Below, piece after piece: positions 62,701 through 64,000 of a DNA stretch of 64,000 nt (position 1 is its first letter; each line of letters starts with the position of its first letter). The DNA comes from Stegostoma tigrinum (taxonomy: Eukaryota), in contig NC_081385.1 of NCBI RefSeq assembly GCF_030684315.1, positions 24,395,247 through 24,459,246 on the forward strand, given 5' to 3'. The notes below the pieces were generated by a model. It was not told the DNA's origin and made no database searches. It saw only the letters and a program-made list of their open reading frames with translations. The translations under genes were made by a program, and so were the position numbers.

Positions 62701-63863
62701 TTTCTTCAATCTCCCTGCTGCTATTGGGGGGCCTGTAGTAAACCCCTAATGAGGTGACTACTCCCTTGCTGTTCCTAATTTCCACCCATACTGACTCGGT
62801 AGGCAGATCTTCCTCGACAATGGAAGTTTCTGTAGCTGTGATACCCTCTCTGATTAGTAGTGCTACACCCCCTCCTCTTTCTCCCCCCTCCCTATTCTTT
62901 TTAAATGTTCTAAACCCTGGAAGATCCAGCAACCATTCCTGCTCCTGAGAAACCCATCTCTCTGTTATGGCCACAACATCATAGCACCAGGTACTGATCC
63001 ATGCTCTAAGTTCATCGCTTTTATTCCTGATACTCCTTGCGTTAAAGCAAACACACTTTAACTGATCCCTTGGTTCCTTCCCAGGAAAATCCTCCCCACT
63101 AGCTGGTCTACCTCTTGCTACTGCCTCACCTGCATCAATTCTCACCCCCGGTATACAGCTCAGGTTCCCACCCCCCTGCCATACTAGTTTAAACCCTCTC
63201 GTACTACTCGAGCAAACCTTCCACCCAGGAAATTAGTCCCCTTCCAGTTCAGATGCAACCCGTGCTTCTTGTACAGGTCCCACCTTCCCCAAAGGCATCC
63301 CAAATATATACATATCTGAAGCCCTCCCTCCTACACCAGCTGCGCAGCCACGTGTTAAGCTGCCCCCGCTCCCTGTTCCTCGCCTCGCTATCTCGTGGCA
63401 CCGGTAGTAAACTAGAGAACACTACTCTGTTCGTCCTGCTTTGCAGCTTCCATCCTAACTCCCTGAAATCACTTTTTATATCCTCAATCCTTTTTCTGGC
63501 TATATCATTAGTGCCAATATGTAACACGATTTCTGGCTGTTCGCCCTCCCCTTTTAGAACCTTATACACCCGATCGGAGACGTCCCGGACCCTGGCACCA
63601 GGGAGGCAACGTACCTTCCGGGAATCCCAATCCTGACCACAAAATCTCCTGTTGATTCCCCTAACTATCGAGTCCCCTCACTATCGTGTCCCTTTTCTTC
63701 TCCTCTATCCATTTTCTATCTGCCTCCCCTCTCTCCCTATTTATTTCAGAATGCCCTTCCCCTTCCCCATTTCTGATGAAGGGTCTAGGCCTGAAATGTT
63801 AGCTTTCCTGTTCCTATGATACTGCTTGGCCTGCTGTGTTCATTCAGCTCTACACTTTGTTAG
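59716..63863. mobile_element. Penelope-type inverted terminal-repeat pair split by a CR1 insertion
   Basis: Inverted arms 59716-59950 and 59946-60208; the repeat resumes at about 63690-63863. Confidence 0.8.
60210..63680 (-). mobile_element. Young CR1 LINE: partial ORF1 (SGNH esterase) and near-complete ORF2 (APE endonuclease + RT)
   Basis: PEIVLHIGTNDI; CFNARSI, MGDFNFP, GDSDH; [30 protein letters not shown]. The three ORF2 pieces share one frame, split by two stops; (TTCTATG)n tail. Confidence 0.96.
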
Positions 63864-64000
63864 CCCAGCAAGGAATGCTTCCTAGGTAAAAACTGAAAGA
63901 TCTGTGGATGCTGTAAATCACAAACTAAAATAGAGGTTGCCCAAAAAACTCAGCAGGTCTGGCAGTTTCTGTGGGGAGAAATCAAAGTTAACGTTTCAGG

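Noticed and set aside
60728-63636. Plus-strand ORFs of 127-171 aa
   Set aside because: Antisense shadows of the CR1 ORFs.

Overview
Vertebrate, AT-rich, repeat-dense genomic DNA. The repeat content (HE1/V-SINE, Deu-domain SINE, CR1, RTE and Penelope-like elements) points to a cartilaginous fish, probably a carpet shark (inference). The window holds a small cluster of immunoglobulin-superfamily receptor genes. Copy A (minus strand, 20664 to 4022) looks intact: leader, a germline-joined VJ-type V domain ending in GQGTKIQI, a C1-like domain, an I/C2 domain, an uncharged TM segment and a tyrosine-motif (ITIM-type) tail. Its first six introns have canonical, phase-compatible splice sites, and the protein is about 445-453 aa depending on the 3' end. 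Upstream lie a tandem pseudogene (copy B, 40116 to 31722), a coding-less relic of a third unit (about 26550-31260) and an inverted pseudogene fragment (copy C, plus strand, 48579-50259). Together these suggest birth-and-death evolution of a non-rearranging, antigen-receptor-like family. The rest is mostly retroelements: many CR1 fragments, a young near-intact CR1 (60210-63680), and numerous Penelope-like insertions with inverted terminal repeats, 13-17 bp target-site duplications and minimal hammerhead-ribozyme motifs. All calls are by eye; no database search or alignment was run.
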